DNA of 64,000 nucleotides from Octopus sinensis (lineage: Eukaryota): positions 76,136,001 through 76,200,000 of the forward strand of contig NC_043000.1 of the NCBI RefSeq assembly GCF_006345805.1, given 5' to 3'. The stretch's first letter is position 1. Each line of letters opens with the position of its first letter. Shown one piece after another: positions 12,375 to 26,172 of this stretch. The notes under the pieces are model-generated. The model worked only from the letters and a program-made list of their open reading frames with translations. It was not told where the DNA came from and ran no database searches. The translations under genes were made by a program, and so were the position numbers.

Positions 12375-15300
12375 TTATATTTATTTTATTTTATTTTATC
12401 TAGTTTCAGCTCACGAGCTTTGGCCATGCTGGGGCACCGCCATTTGGTGTTGCTACATGATTTTACTTCATGAATGCTTTTTAGCAATTGCCATTTGATG
12501 CATGAGAGAGTTCGATGCAGCTGCCCTCACCTGCACCTCCTGCCGTGACATTGGTTCATCTGGAACACCTGACAGGAAGAGATCAAGTTTTATTTTAAAG
12601 ACATCTGCATCCACCCCGTGCGGTCTCTCAGGTTCTTTGGGAGGATATTGAAGAGCTGTGGACCTCTGAAGCCCAGGCTATCACAGTATCTTGTCCTACA
12701 TCTTGATGGCAAATTTGGAGTCCTTGGCACTATGCAGTGGCGCCCAGCTCTAGCATCTGTGTAACTCTCAATGCCAAATTTGGGACAAGTCCTTCTAGGA
12801 TCTTCCAGGAATAGAGTCTTAATCTCTTGAGTCTTTCCCAGTAGCTTATATGCTGCACAAAGGCTATCTTCTTCGTGTAGCTTCGTTGGATCGCCTCAAG
12901 TTCTGTGATTAACTTGACACTGGATGGTGACCATAGCTGAGAGCAATAGTGGCTTAGGACAAGTATCCTCCAGAGGACCGTCATGGTTTCCTGGTCTCTT
13001 GTTCTAAAGGTTCTAAGAATCCATCCGGTCAGCCGCCTACATTTCATTGCCAATTTAGCAACATGCACACAAAAGGTTGCATCATCACTCATGTAAATAC
13101 CCAGGTCTCGCACTGATTGTGCCTCTAGGATTGCAATCCCTCCAGGTCCAGTGTATTTATTGGGTATTGCATTTAGTTTTGCATGCTGATAGCATAAGGC
13201 TTGAAACTTTTCAGCATTGAACTGCATGCTATTCTTTTCAGCCCACTTGTATATTTTGTCCAGCTCACATTGCAGGTGCATAGTGTCTTCAGGGTTCTGT
13301 ATTGCCTGTGAAACTTTTGTATCATCTGCATAACTTGTGATCGTGGCTCTCTGCTTGGCTGAGGGCATGTCTGAGATGGACATTATGAACAGTAGTGGTC
13401 CCAAAACAGTGCCTTGCGGAACACCGCTCACTATTTGCATGTTAATGGAGGTGGCCCCATTGGCTACTGCCTCGTGACTTCTATCCTTCAGAAAGTCACG
13501 AAGCCATTCTCCCAATTTTCCAACTATGCCAAGATCACGCAGTTTGTGACATATCATTCCATGATCGACTTTATCAAAGGCCTTTGCAAAGTCGAGATAT
13601 ATGACTTCCACATTTGAGTGGTTGAGCAGTTGTTTCAGCACCCAGTCATAGTGTTGTAGGAGCTGAGTTAGGCAGCTCCTTCCTAGTCGGAAACCATGTT
13701 GGGTGTCAGGCAGCAAGTCATTTTCTTCAAGGAAGGTGATTAGTTTCCTTCTGACTATTCGTTCCATGACCTTGCTGATGTGTGAGGTCAGAGAGATAGG
13801 TCTGTAGTTCTTGGCCTCCGCCTTGCTACCTCCTTTATGAATGGGGCATATTTTACCTTCCTTCAGTTTTCTTGGAAGTTTGCCAGTTGCAAGGAAGCTC
13901 TGAAAGAGGAACTGCAGTGATCTTGCTAGGACTCTCTTACATACTTTTAGAAGGATTGCTGGGAATCCATCGGGGCCAGATGCTGAGTTTGTGTTCATTT
14001 CATCTATAGCCTTTATTGCATCGTCTTCCTTTATATTGATGTAATCAATCATTGCTGCCTCTGATTTTATATCTGCAGTGAGAAAGAAGTCAGTTGGATT
14101 GCTGACTTGAAAATGCCCAAGGGGTGGAGTGAAAATACTCTTGAATTGCTCATTTAGTATTTCACTTATCCTCATTGGATTTCCTGTGAGTGTACCACCC
14201 TTTTCAAGGAGTGGCCCTATCCTACAGTGCACCGTAGCTGTTTCTTTGGAAAACTTGTAGAACGCTCTAGGGTTAGATTTTATGTTGTCTATAGTCCAGG
14301 CTTCTTTGTCTGCTCTTTCTTTTTCATGGGAGAGTTGCAGACATTTTTCAATTTCCAACAGTTTTATTTTCAGGAGGGACTTTTCACTGCTTTCAATTTG
14401 TTTGTTTAGGCGATTTGAAACTTTTGTACGTCGCCTCATAAGAATTTTCCTATCTCTGGGGATTTTGTTCTTGTGTACAGTGGCCTTTCTCTATGGGACA
14501 CATTTGTAGCATATGGCTTGCATTACAGACATGAATTGTTGAAGTTTCATGTCAATGTCTGGCGAGGAGAGACATTTAGGCCAGTTTTGTTTGAGGATCT
14601 CTTTCTCAATTTGTTTCCAGTTTGCCTTATGGAAGTTCAAGCTGGAAAGATTTTGAGAGTTTCTTGTAGACTGCATGTCCATGCTTTCCTTTGGCTCGTA
14701 CATGGTCAGCTCTACCATGTTGTGATCCGAGAGTAGTGTCGGTGTCACTATCACATTATGGATGAGATCCATATTATTTGTGAAGCAGAGATCCAGTATG
14801 TTACCTGCCCTGGTTGGTTGGAGTATTATTTGCTCCATGTACAGAGTGTTGATGAGGTTCAGGTGGGACCTCGCCTGTCCTCGTTCGTATCGTGTCATTC
14901 CTGGGAGAGAAAGGCCCTCGGGCCATCTGACATTGGGCAGATTGAAGTCTCCCATAAGAAGTACACTTGTGTTGTTCTAATGTGACTAGAACTTCTTCTA
15001 TTTTTATAAGGCAGTCTTCAAACTTGCCTACATGGCTTGGGGCATCTGGAGGGCGATATGTAGCACATATAACTACACCAAGTTGCCTTATATGTACAAT
15101 TAGTGTGTCACACACCGAATTTGAGTATGACAAAAAGACCTGGGGTGTGAGGTCCTCGCAGATGTACATAGCAACTCCTCCATGACTCCTTTCTTTTCTG
15201 TCGGTCCGTAGTACAACATACTGTGGTATGTGTATTTCCGCATCTGCTATGTCCGGTTTCAGGTGTGTTTCCGTAAGTGCTATGCATAAGGCTTGATTGC

Positions 15301-16330
15301 ATGCAACAAGGTCTCTCAAGAACAGGATTTTTGTCCTGTTACTGAGTGTTAGCAGTCCTCTGATGTTCAGTAGGAGCATCGAGGTGATGTGTGTGCTGTT
15401 GCCGGTGGTGTCCACCTTGGATCTATTTGCTGTGGCGATCTTGTGTATTGTGGATAGTCCCATCTGCGAGTTTGAGTTTGATAGAGCCAGGTTAGCTGCT
15501 GTACAATCTTTTGTGCCATGCACAAAAAAGATTCTTGTTCAGCAGCTGCCCTTTCAATAACATGTTGGTGGTTTGTAGCACGCACTACATCTGCGTACCT
15601 CTGTTTTGGGGCAGGTGGTGCGTGGTCCATTCCTTTTCCTTTTGGTAGCTGGTTTCTGCCCTGTTTCATGTTTATGTGGCAGGGTCTTTGGTGTGCAAAA
15701 CGGCAGCCTGCGCCTTCCTCTCCATGCCAGCAGACACCTTTCAGGTAGAATTTACACATTTGTGTGTGCTGTCTCTTTCTATCCTTTTAAGTATATGGAT
15801 AGTCAGGTTTGCTTCTATCCTTGGTTGTTTCATCTTTTGGTTTTGTTTGAGTTTTAGTTTTTCCTTCTTTGGCTGTTTCATCTATTGTTTTTCTTTTAGT
15901 TTTTTCTCCTTTTACTTCTTTTTTGGCTCTTTCATCTCCATGGTTTTGGCTTTTGGTGCTGGTAGGGGCACTTGCACTTGGGTTTACTTCCCGTGCAGGT
16001 TTCTCACTTGAATCTTCTTTGTTGTCCTGGGTGTCTACCAAGTGGGGGTGACATCTTTCATCAGCACCCATGCCTCAATCCTTGCCATCTTTACTCTGTT
16101 CGTTGTCAAAGATGGCATCAAGCGTGCCGATGTGGGATCTTATGAGTGCATAGGAGTGTATAAACACCTGCTTCTTACGCTCTATCTGTGCTAACGTCCT
16201 TGTGCAACCATTGCTATTCAGCGCAGCTGTAATTATGTTGTTCGGATTATCTCTGTCGGCCCATCAAAAGGCTCTTAGGAACGCCAATTCCATGCTCCTC
16301 CAGGTTCTGGACATTTTTGGATATTTTATT
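12375..16330 (-). mobile_element. Near full-length CR1/L2-group LINE: ORF1 with CCCH finger and ORF2 APE-RT
   Basis: ORF1 has CKFYLKGVCWHG..CRFAH. APE has LNIRGL, LTETHL, YRPP, GDFNLP and SDHNMV. RT (12730-14439) has NYRPISLTS, QHGFR, YLDFAKAFDKV, GVPQGTVLGP and YADD. (TAAAA)n tail. The 5' UTR may extend to about 18310. Confidence 0.93.
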
Positions 16331-17268
16331 TATTTATCTATCTAATTATATTTAAAATTAAAAGTGTGATAGAGGGTAGAGAAGAAATAGAGAAAGAAAG
16401 TGTCTATGTATTTAGAGAGATTGAGAGCTGAGAGAAGATAAGAAGAGTGTAAGAGAGAGTGAGAGGAGAAAGTTCACGTCTATATATTTAGAAAGATTGA
16501 GAGGCTGAGAGAGGAAAGATGGTGTGATAGAGAGAAGTGGAGAAGTGAAGAGACAGAGAAAGAGGCGTGAGGGAGAGAAGTGAAGAGACAGAGAGAGAAA
16601 GAAATGAAAGAGAGGAGGTTATGCAAAAGATTGAGTGGCTGAGAGAAGAAAGATGGTGTGATAGAGAAAGAGATGAAAGAGAGGAAGTGATGCAAAAGAT
16701 TGAGCGGCTGAGAGAAGATAAGAAGTAAGTGAGAGTCTATAGATTTAGGAAGATTGAGCGGCTGAGAGAAGAAAGATGGTGTGATAGAGAGAAGTGAAGA
16801 GACAGGGAGAGAAAGAAAAGAAAGAGAGAAGGTTATGCAAGAAATAAATATATATCTATCTGCCGCTACAAAGTTTTCTACTAAGCTAATTATAAATATC
16901 TATTTATTCACGACTACAAGAGAAGTGAAGAGACAGAGAGAGAAAGAAATGAAAGAGAGGAGGTTGTGCAACAAATAAATATATACGTATCTGCAGCTAC
17001 GAAAGTTCTATGAGAGTTTTCTTTTGAACTAATACGACTATATTTCTAGTGTTCGGGTCTATATATTTAGGAAGATTGAGAGGCTGAGTAAAAATAAAGA
17101 AAAAAAAATATGTGGCTGTGTGGTAAGTAGCTTGCTAACCAACCACATGGTTCTGGGTTCAATCCCACTGCGTGGCATCTTGGGCAAGTGTCTTCTGCTA
17201 TAGCCCCGGGCCGACCAATGCCTTGTGAGTGGATTTGGTAGATGGAAAACTGAAAGAAGCCTGTCGTA

Positions 17269-17321
<53 letters not shown>

Positions 17322-17900
17322 GTGTGTATGTGTGTGTGTTTGTCCCCCTAGCATTGCTTGACAACCGATGGTGTGTTTACGTCCCCGTCACTTAGTAGTT
17401 CGACAAAAGAGACCGATAGAATAAGTACTGGGCTTACAAAGAATAAGTCCCGGGGTCGATTTGCTCGACTAAAGGCGGTGCTCCAGCATGGCCGCAGTCA
17501 AATGACCGAAACAAGTAAAAGAGTAAAAAGCAACAAATAAATATATGCCTATCTAAAGTTGAATAGTTATAAAGAGATATAGTGAGAAAATGACAAAAAT
17601 GAAGCTGTAACAGAAATTGAAAGATTATTAACAGAATGTAAATTATAAATATATACCTGTCCGTAGCTACAAACGTTTTCTTCTATACTAAACTAATTGC
17701 GACTATACTTCTAATGTTCCCGTCTATATATTTAGGGAGATTGAGGGGCTGAGTAAATATATATATATATAAATAAAGCAACAAATAAATATATGCCTAT
17801 CTAAAATTGAATAATTTTAGAGAGATGTATTGAGAAATTGACAGAAACGGAGCTGAAACAGAAATTGAAAGATTATTAACAGAATGTAAACAGAGAATAG
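16330..17900. repeat. GA-rich degenerate tandem repeats upstream of the LINE ORF1 (possible 5' UTR)
   Basis: The motif ctatatatttag(g)aagattgag.ggctgag recurs. Blocks at about 16970-17650 and 17640-17890 are duplicated. Confidence 0.65.
17111..17530 (+). mobile_element. Full-length tRNA-derived SINE with an internal (TA)n tract
   Basis: A box tggctgtgtgg and B box ggttcaatcc. The 3' end reads ggcggtgctccagcatggcc..gaaacaagtaaaagag. It interrupts one unit of the local duplication. Confidence 0.88.
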
Positions 17901-18682
17901 GTCCTTACATTGATTTACGGGAAATTAAACAAATGAAAAGGGGTACTTATCTTATAAGAGGTAGAAGTCCCAAAATCGTCTCCCTATACGAAGAGGTTTT
18001 CTTTCAAAAAAGAAAAGAAAAACGGTTCTTTCTGCTTGTTACAGACGATTGGGAATAAACTTAAGAGATGTCACCACGTGCTTTTTTCAACGAGAAATCT
18101 GGCGTGCGTAATTAACTTTACTGTATTGTATTTGGCTTGAAGCGAAATATATTACGGTTTTTAACTAATATATCCTAGTAGACCGCTTTGAGATAGCAAG
18201 TTCTACGTTTTTTATCAGTTTTCGCTGATTATTTTGTCGATTTATGCAAACCTTTTTGTTTTTTATCACAGAGCAAAGCAACACATCTCTACCCTACGAA
18301 AGCCAGAAGTAATGCTATTCAGATTTTTTTAATTGTTAGTTTGTCACACACCAACTCTTATCTTTCATTTAACACAAGCATGTATGTCTTTATCTGCTAT
18401 TCCATTCAGTATAATTCCTCCCATAACTATTGTCATTTACTTCTTTTCCTCCTCCCTCTGTCTTTATGATTCTTTCTCTCACTGTGTGTGTTGGTGTGTG
18501 TGTGTGTGTGTGTATGCCACAATATATTTTTATATAACTAGATTAGCCTAATTACTATGGGGTACATATAGTCCAGAACTATAAGGTATTTAATACAGAT
18601 ACTTGTGTATCCCATTACTATGTGGTACACATACCAATCTGATACATGTAGTCCCTCAAGTAAATCCAGCTTCAATACTTAC

Positions 18683-18774
18683 CTTTCCTTCTTCCTGTCT
18701 GGTTTCCGTAATAAAATACCCAAATTCTCAGGACTACAAATGATATTCAGACTTTCATGAAAATCCTCAAGACT
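18683..18774 (-). CDS. UFL1: UFL1 exon (92 nt), SLEDFHESLNIICSPENLGILLRKPDRKKE(R); last exon seen in this window
   Basis: Acceptor ttattacag and donor gtaagt. Resembles UFL1 SIEDF...DKKRER. I found no further UFL1-like exon in 1-18682. Confidence 0.9.
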
Positions 18775-19106
18775 CTGTAATAAAGATATGTAATTGTTGG
18801 GAGCAGGGAACAACAGAGATTATGGATGTCAAATATCACTGTAATCATCATCAACAATGCCAGCAATGTTACCTATAACCATCACTGTTATTAATATAAC
18901 TATCACCAACATCATCATCGTCACCAATATCATCAACACACTCATCATCAGCATCATCCTCATTATCATCAATGTCATTATGACAATCATCATCATCATC
19001 AATATTTTCAGGTTTGCTTATCCCTCTGATCTAGAAGGATATCATGAAGTTGTAATAAATGGTATGAGAACATTAGAGAAAACTGAACAAAGACACAACA
19101 CTTTAC

Positions 19107-19187
19107 CTTACTGTTAAGCGAAGAATTCAATTTCTTCAATTGGCTTTTTTGTGGCTCTGGTAGTTTAGCAATAACATTATTGCGAAC
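19107..19187 (-). CDS. UFL1: UFL1 exon (81 nt), VRNNVIAKLPEPQKSQLKKLNSSLNSK
   Basis: Acceptor tttctttcag and donor gtaaag. Phase 0/0. Resembles UFL1 IRKKILSKL...LTKLHNSLNEK. Confidence 0.88.
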
Positions 19188-19499
19188 CTGAAAGAAAAAT
19201 TTTGTGTATGAATTACTGCATCATAATTTCATAAATTCAGTAATCATCTTCAGTTATTGAGACCAAAGTCTCTGAAGCAAGTCACATACAGCCAGTGTTC
19301 TACATTTGACTTCATTATGGCAATTACCATACATGGATATACAATATTCTCCCTTAAATACTGATATTTTGAAGATCACATAAGTTTCTGCCTGAAATTA
19401 CCAAGCTGTTTATTCACTCGTATGTAGCACTCGTAGTTAAAGGAATAAGTGCTAACTCTACTCTCAGAATTAAGTATTAAAGCAGGATTATTAGCAGTA

Positions 19500-19810
19500 T
19501 TATAATTGCAGGGGATCATAGGTATTATTACATAGGTTCTTCTGCTACTATTTGGAAATTTAGATCACATAACCATTCTTTTTCATTTAAGATTAGGAGA
19601 AAAGGTAATTTTATGAATCTTAGTAAATATATTTTGGATTTGAAAGACATTAACTACAATATAAACTGGTCCATTATTAGTTATGCTCCATAATACAATA
19701 CTACTAATTTTAAATGTGATCTTTGCCTAGAGGAAAAGTATTAAATAATTACTTCAAAATTAAAATCATTAAATTGCAGAACCAGTACAGAAATAAGTAT
19801 AGAAAAACAT
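19500..19810 (+). mobile_element. Degenerate Penelope-like GIY-YIG endonuclease relic
   Basis: YYYIGSS..WKFRSHNH..LSKYILDLK..INWSII..KCDLCLEEK. Confidence 0.7.
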
Positions 19811-20504
19811 TTAAATACTTCAATAGTAAGTAACACCTTCATTTATAATTGCTTTTCCTATAATCTAATAAGCATAATTTTTCTAAATTTTTTTAGCTTG
19901 ATAACTACACGTCATTATGTAGAATTTCAGTTTATTTTTGATTCTTTCATTATCTACTGACATCATAACTTTTCAGATATATTGATTTGACTGATATTTT
20001 GTACTTTTTTTCTAAATCTAAATATGCTGGCACAATGGAACTGATTATCAGTCCTGTATGGTATAATCATGAACTAAAGATGTGTTATTCTCCATAAGTG
20101 CTCATGTTGTTATATATGTAGAGAGAGAGAGAGAGAGTCTAACTTAAAATTGGTAACACATATGCACACATATTGGCATATAATACATTACTTCAAAATA
20201 TATACTTTGTTTTTACATATTACTCATATGGTACATAAATTTATATTTGTTATTCTCTCTATCTATCTAATATTCAATATATTAATATAGATTTTACATT
20301 CTTTCTTCTCTTTCATTTTCACACAGATGAGGACAGAGCCCAAAGTAATTGCAAATCAGACATGTATACACATGCACAAGTATGTACACTCACAATGATG
20401 GCCAGTATTTGCAGAAGTGCTTACTGAGGATCCAGCTTGGTTTTAAATCCCCTCTATATGAAGTGTGTGTATGTATGTGTATATATATATATATGTATAT
20501 ATAC

Positions 20505-23500
20505 TGTTACTTTCAAGATTTAAAGAAAATGAACTTGGAAATTTAATACAATAACACTTAATAAGGTACAAAATATACAATATTATACAATACAAATGTT
20601 ATTCTGCAAGGAAATGACAATTATTAATATTGCTGGCCAGAAAAGGACATCAAGTGAATAGAATATACACAAATAATCACCAGTAACAGTCTGATCAATG
20701 CTCAATATACATTCACTAACAATAAATCCAACCTCCCCTGATATCAGGTCAGCGCTCTCCTCATTTCAAGTGTTCTGGCATGTTTTCCCCGTCTGCTACC
20801 CTTTTTAAAGGCTTTTTCTTTTTCTTCTTTCTTTTTCTCACAGCATAGACTATCCGAATTTTAAAAAATACTTCCTTTTTTTTTTTTTATTTCCTTTTTT
20901 TTTTAAATGCATGGAATAATGTTCACGTCGCACAAACTTTAAATCGAAATGTTTTTTTCGCGTTCGTAACACTACTTCTCTTGACCCTAACCCCTCTTGA
21001 AAAGAAAGTTTGAATCTGTGTAAACTTCTTTTTAAAAAAATACAATACAATATTAAAAACCATAATACGAAGACAATTATATCAACATGAATACAATACA
21101 TCAACTATAACATTTTAACAACGACCTAGATAATGCATCTACAATAACATTTTTGGTACCACATATGTGTTTAATATTTATATGATATTGCTGGGGAATA
21201 ATAATCCACCTCAGTAATCTCTGGTTGTTATTTTTCATCTTCTTGACCATTTGTTATTGATGTATATACTGATCATAGTCCACTTGTTCACAAACACAAG
21301 TGGACTATGATCAATAACAAATGGTGAAGAACACAAATATACATCGAAATGCTGTAATGCCAACAAAAGAGCAAATGCTTCCTTTTCTATGGTGGAATAA
21401 TTACACTGATGCTTGTCAAATTTTCTCAAGAAATAAGACACTGGATGCTCAATACTGTCATACTCTTGTAATAAGACAGAACCAGCTCTGATATCACTTA
21501 TGTCCACAGCAATCTTGAATGGTCAGTCAAAATCAGGAGCGGTTAATACTGGAGAACTGATTAACAATGATTTCACTTTATCAAAAGCAGCTTGACATTC
21601 ATCACTCCATACAAATTTTGAGCTTTTCTTTAACAGTGATGCCATAGGTGCAGATACAGTTGAGAAATAAGGACAGAATTTTCTGTAGTAACTTGCCATA
21701 CCAAGGAATCTCATGATTTCCTTTTTACTTTTAGATACTGGATACTTGACAATGGTTTCCACTATGGCTCATACAAGTTTGGCTTTACCTTGACCAAGCT
21801 CATGGCTGAGATAGATGACTGTTCCTTTATAAAATTCTGATTTTAACAAATTTACAGTCATTTGAGCATCGGAACATCTATCAAAGAATGATTGTATTCG
21901 TTTGACATGATCAGACCAATTACTACTTACGACAAGTATGTCATCAATGTATGAGTATATACCATCTAAACCATTAATTATACAGTTCACCAACCTTTGA
22001 AAAGTGGTGCCAGAATTCTTCATGCCAAAGGGCATAACCTGGTATTGGTATAAACCGTCAGATGTTACAAAAGCAGAAATTTCTTTAGCTCTTTCTGTTA
22101 ATGGAACTTGCCAGTAACCTTTTAGTAAGTCAAATCTAGTCAGAGACATAGTTTCCTATCCTGTCAATACAATCATTAATATGAGGAATAGGAAATCAAT
22201 CACTTTTGGTCATACTGTTTACATTTCTAAAATCTGTACAAAATCTAACTGAACCATCTAGTTTGGGTACAAGTAAACATGGTGAGCTCCAGTCGCTATT
22301 TGATGGTTCTATTATGTCATTATCTAACATGTATTTAACCTCATTTCTAATCTGAGATAATTTGATATGGTTGACTCAGTATGGGTGCTGTTTTACTGGC
22401 CAAACATTCCCCACAACCACATCATGTTCAATAGTGCTGGTCCTTCTGGGACATCAGGGAATAGCTAGGGATACTCCATAATGAAGGCATTCAGCTCCAG
22501 GCATCCATTATCTTCAAGATGCTTTAATTTGTCATCCAATTTTTGTAGAACATTTGAATTCTTGAGTTTGGCTGGTTCGTCGATGTCATCAACCACAAAG
22601 TCATCTATTGTTAACTCTTCAGTGATTATGGTGACGGTTTGGATATTTGAAGCACTACGGTCATAATACGGCTTGATCATATTGATATGGCAAAACTATT
22701 CAGACTTTCTTTGGTCAGGGGTTGAGACAATGTAATTGAAGTCACTGATTTTCTTTTAGATGGTGAATGGTCCAAAGTACTTGGCTTGTAGTGGTGAACT
22801 GGGGATGAATAGTAATACCAGAACTTTGTCAGTGGGCTTGAATGAATGGCTTCTTGTCACACCAGGTTTTCATGTCATCTTGAGATAACTTGAGGTTTTG
22901 CCTGGCCATCTCCAATGCACCATGTAGTCTGGTCTTGAAGTCTATCACATCATCTAGTAGGCTAATGGTAACACTGTCACCTCCTAGCCACTTCTCCTTC
23001 ACAAGCTTCAGAGGACTGTGAACAGTATGACCATAGACAAGTTCAAAAGGATTAAATCCAAGGGATTCTTGTACAACTTCTCAGGCTGCAAACAACAGTA
23101 ATGGAACTCCTTCATCCCAATCTTTGGCGTGTTCAGTGCAATAAGCCCTCATCGTGTTTTTTAATGTCTGGTTGAAACATCCTAAGGCACCTTGTGACTT
23201 AGGATGGCAAGTGCCGGATGAGATCTGATAGATATTTCAACTTTGGCCACGAAGTTGGAACCTTTGTCCGACTGTAACACTTTTGGGAGTCCAAAAGTTG
23301 TGAAGAACTTGACGAGTGGCTTCAAAATATTCTTTAAAATGTTCTATCCCTCAGTGGGATAGCTTCTGGGAATTGGGTAGAGGCAAATATGATGTCTTAG
23401 GTAATGGCCCAACTCAGTCAAGGCTAGAATTGGTTGTAATGGAGCCTTTGGAATGACTTGGTTAGGTTTTTCCAACTGTCTGGCAGGTGTGGCACATCTT

Positions 23501-26169
23501 ACATTATTCCACAATGCCTTGACGCATCTTTGGCCAATAGAAATGACACAGTCTAAGGGTGTGTTGATGCCCAGATGTCCAGATAACTTGTGATCGTGGG
23601 CCAGGCTCAGTATAATCGACCGGTAACGTCTTGGCATGACAATTTGATGAATAGTGCTCCACTAGCTGTCAGCTGTGATGTCAGGAGGTCTCCATTTTCT
23701 CATCAGAATATCAGATTTCATGTAAAAGCAGACTGGTACATTTCCAGCTTTGTCTTCGCATAAGGCACAATGTGATAATTGAAGAATCTCAGGATCTTCT
23801 TGCTCCTTGATAAGCCTGTTCTAATCAAGAGATGTAGCAAATGACTCCTGGTCATTTGTAGAACTCTTACGAGTGTTGAAAATCTCATTATAGTATATAG
23901 ATGTATCAGACAAATCAATATAATCATCCTTTGTGGGAAAATGATGACTTTGTGAATGGGTAACAGCACAGGTGGGGAAAATGTCTGGAAACTCTTCTGT
24001 GAGTTGCTCTGCACTGGGATCCTCTATGGGAGTAATGACGACACGAGGCTCTGGAATCACCTTAGTTCCGGCTAAATCATTGCCTACTAACATGGAAAAT
24101 CCTTCAACAAGTATAAATTGTCGAATACTGACAGTCACTGACCCTGTAACCAGTTTGGTGAAAAGGAACCAAAGCTACTCCACATTCTCCACCTGAAATA
24201 AGCACTCTGGCTCCAATTGAAGTCTTCTCAGAAGGACATTTTCCAAGATCAGACTCTGAGAAGCTCTGGTATCCCACAGGATTTTAACGGGCTTCAAATG
24301 GGTATCACCAACCAAAGACACCAATCCATCAGATGTGTCAAAAGTACCAGTCTTAGGCACAACAGCAGGCTGGTCAGGATCAAGAACCTGAGCTTCTGTG
24401 GTAGATGAGATGAAGGCATGAGGTATCGAAGGGTTGTTCTTGTTTTCCAGTTTGTAACAATCTGAGATCAGGTGTCCAGGCTTCTTACAATACGAACAGT
24501 GTTAGATAAAAAACTGGGCGTCTTGGTGTTAGAATTTGATGCTTCCTTTTTGTCGCTGTCTTCTTTTCCTTTAGATGTTTCTTGGTCACTCTTCTTTGGC
24601 TGACATTTCTGTGGCTGAAATCTTGATGGCATCTTTTTGTGGGTGAGGGAATACTCATTGGCCAGAGTAGCAGCTTTATGTAAATCTGTGGCTTTTTGTT
24701 CATGAATATAAGCTCAACAGGTACACAACATTTGAACTCTTCAATTAACAAAATTTGTCTAATTTTGGCATAATCATCATTAAGATTATTTGATGAACAC
24801 CACCTGTCAAACATTATTTCCTTTTCACGGACAAATTCAACATAAGTTTGATTGTCAAACTTCTTGTTGTTGTGAAATGTTTGCCTGTAAGCTTCAGGGA
24901 CGAATTCATGTGTTCAGAATGGTTTGCTTTACATACTTGTAATCATAACTCTACTGGATTGACAAAGAAACAAATATTTGTTGGGTTTTACCAGTGAGTA
25001 CAGACTGTAACAATACTGTCCAATATTCAGTAAGCCATTTTAAACTCAGAGCTAATTTTTCAAATTGATCAAAATATTTGTCAATACGTTTTTCACTGAA
25101 TGGTGGAACGAGACGAATTTGTTTAGTAACATCAAGCCTCTCGGATTTTTCTTGAGCTTCCTGCCATTCTAATTCTTCATCTGTAGTTCCAGCTGCTGGT
25201 GTTGGCGTATGGTCGCTTCTTTTTCTTTTGTCTTCATCTACATATGATCTCTCTCTAGCTGGTAGTGTAACTCCATTTCTAACCGTTTAAGTTCTGCATC
25301 AGAACTGGTTGTTATTAGTACCAACTGCAATACGTCATCTGGCAGTATGTCGTCATCGACCATGTGTTCAACAACAATTCTCTTGATCTGATCTTTATTC
25401 ATGAACTGTTTTACATCTAGATTATAATGTTTACCATCTTCAAGTAAATCTGACTTACTCAAACCATTGATAAGGTCTAAAGAGGGGTTTTGATCAAATT
25501 AATTAATAAATGTATCAAGGTGAAATGCCATGACTGGTTATTTCCAAACAGCAAATAATATAAAATATTTAATTTGAAAGATTGAATTTGGAATAATTTA
25601 CCCTGAAGTGGTTTCGAAGATCTCAGATGTGCCCAGATTAAAGTTAAAATGCTACATGGAAATTTACTACAATAACACTTAAAAAGGTACAAAATATACA
25701 ATATTATACAATACAAATGTTATTCCGCAAGGAAATGATAATTATTAATATTGCTGGCCTGTTTTGAATGTCTACACTGTTACAGTTTTTAGCTCAACAG
25801 GTACACAATATCCAGAAAAGGACAACAAGTGGATAGAATATACACAAATAATCACCAGTAACAGTCCGGTTGATGCTCAATATACATTCACTAATGATGA
25901 ATCCAACCTCTCCTGATATCAGATCAGTGCTCTCCTCATTTCAAATGTTCTCTCATGTTTTCTCCATCTGCTACCCTTTTTAAAGGCTATTTTTTTCTTC
26001 TTTCTTTTTCTCATGACACAGACTATCTGATTTTTTTTGTTTTTTCTCTTTCTTTTTGTTTTAAAATGGACTTCGTTTGTTTATTTCCTTTTCAAACGCA
26101 CAGAACAATGTTCGCATCGCACAAATGTTAAATTGAAATGATTTTTGTTTTTTTTTTGTGTTCGTAACA
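20505..26169 (-). mobile_element. Full-length degenerate Ty3/Gypsy LTR retrotransposon with gag-PR-IN-RT-RH order (Gmr1-like)
   Basis: LTRs at 20505-20971 and about 25640-26169, outer ends TGTTAC...GTAACA, ATAC TSD. PPT at about 20972-20996 and a degenerate PBS at about 25619-25637. Domains: CCHC knuckle CSYCKKPGHLISDC, PR ILWDTRAS, IN LAHDH..GHLG/FGLPKVLQSD/YFGPF, RT DLLKGYWQVP and YIDD, RH YSTIEKE. Confidence 0.93.
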
Positions 26170-26172
26170 ATA

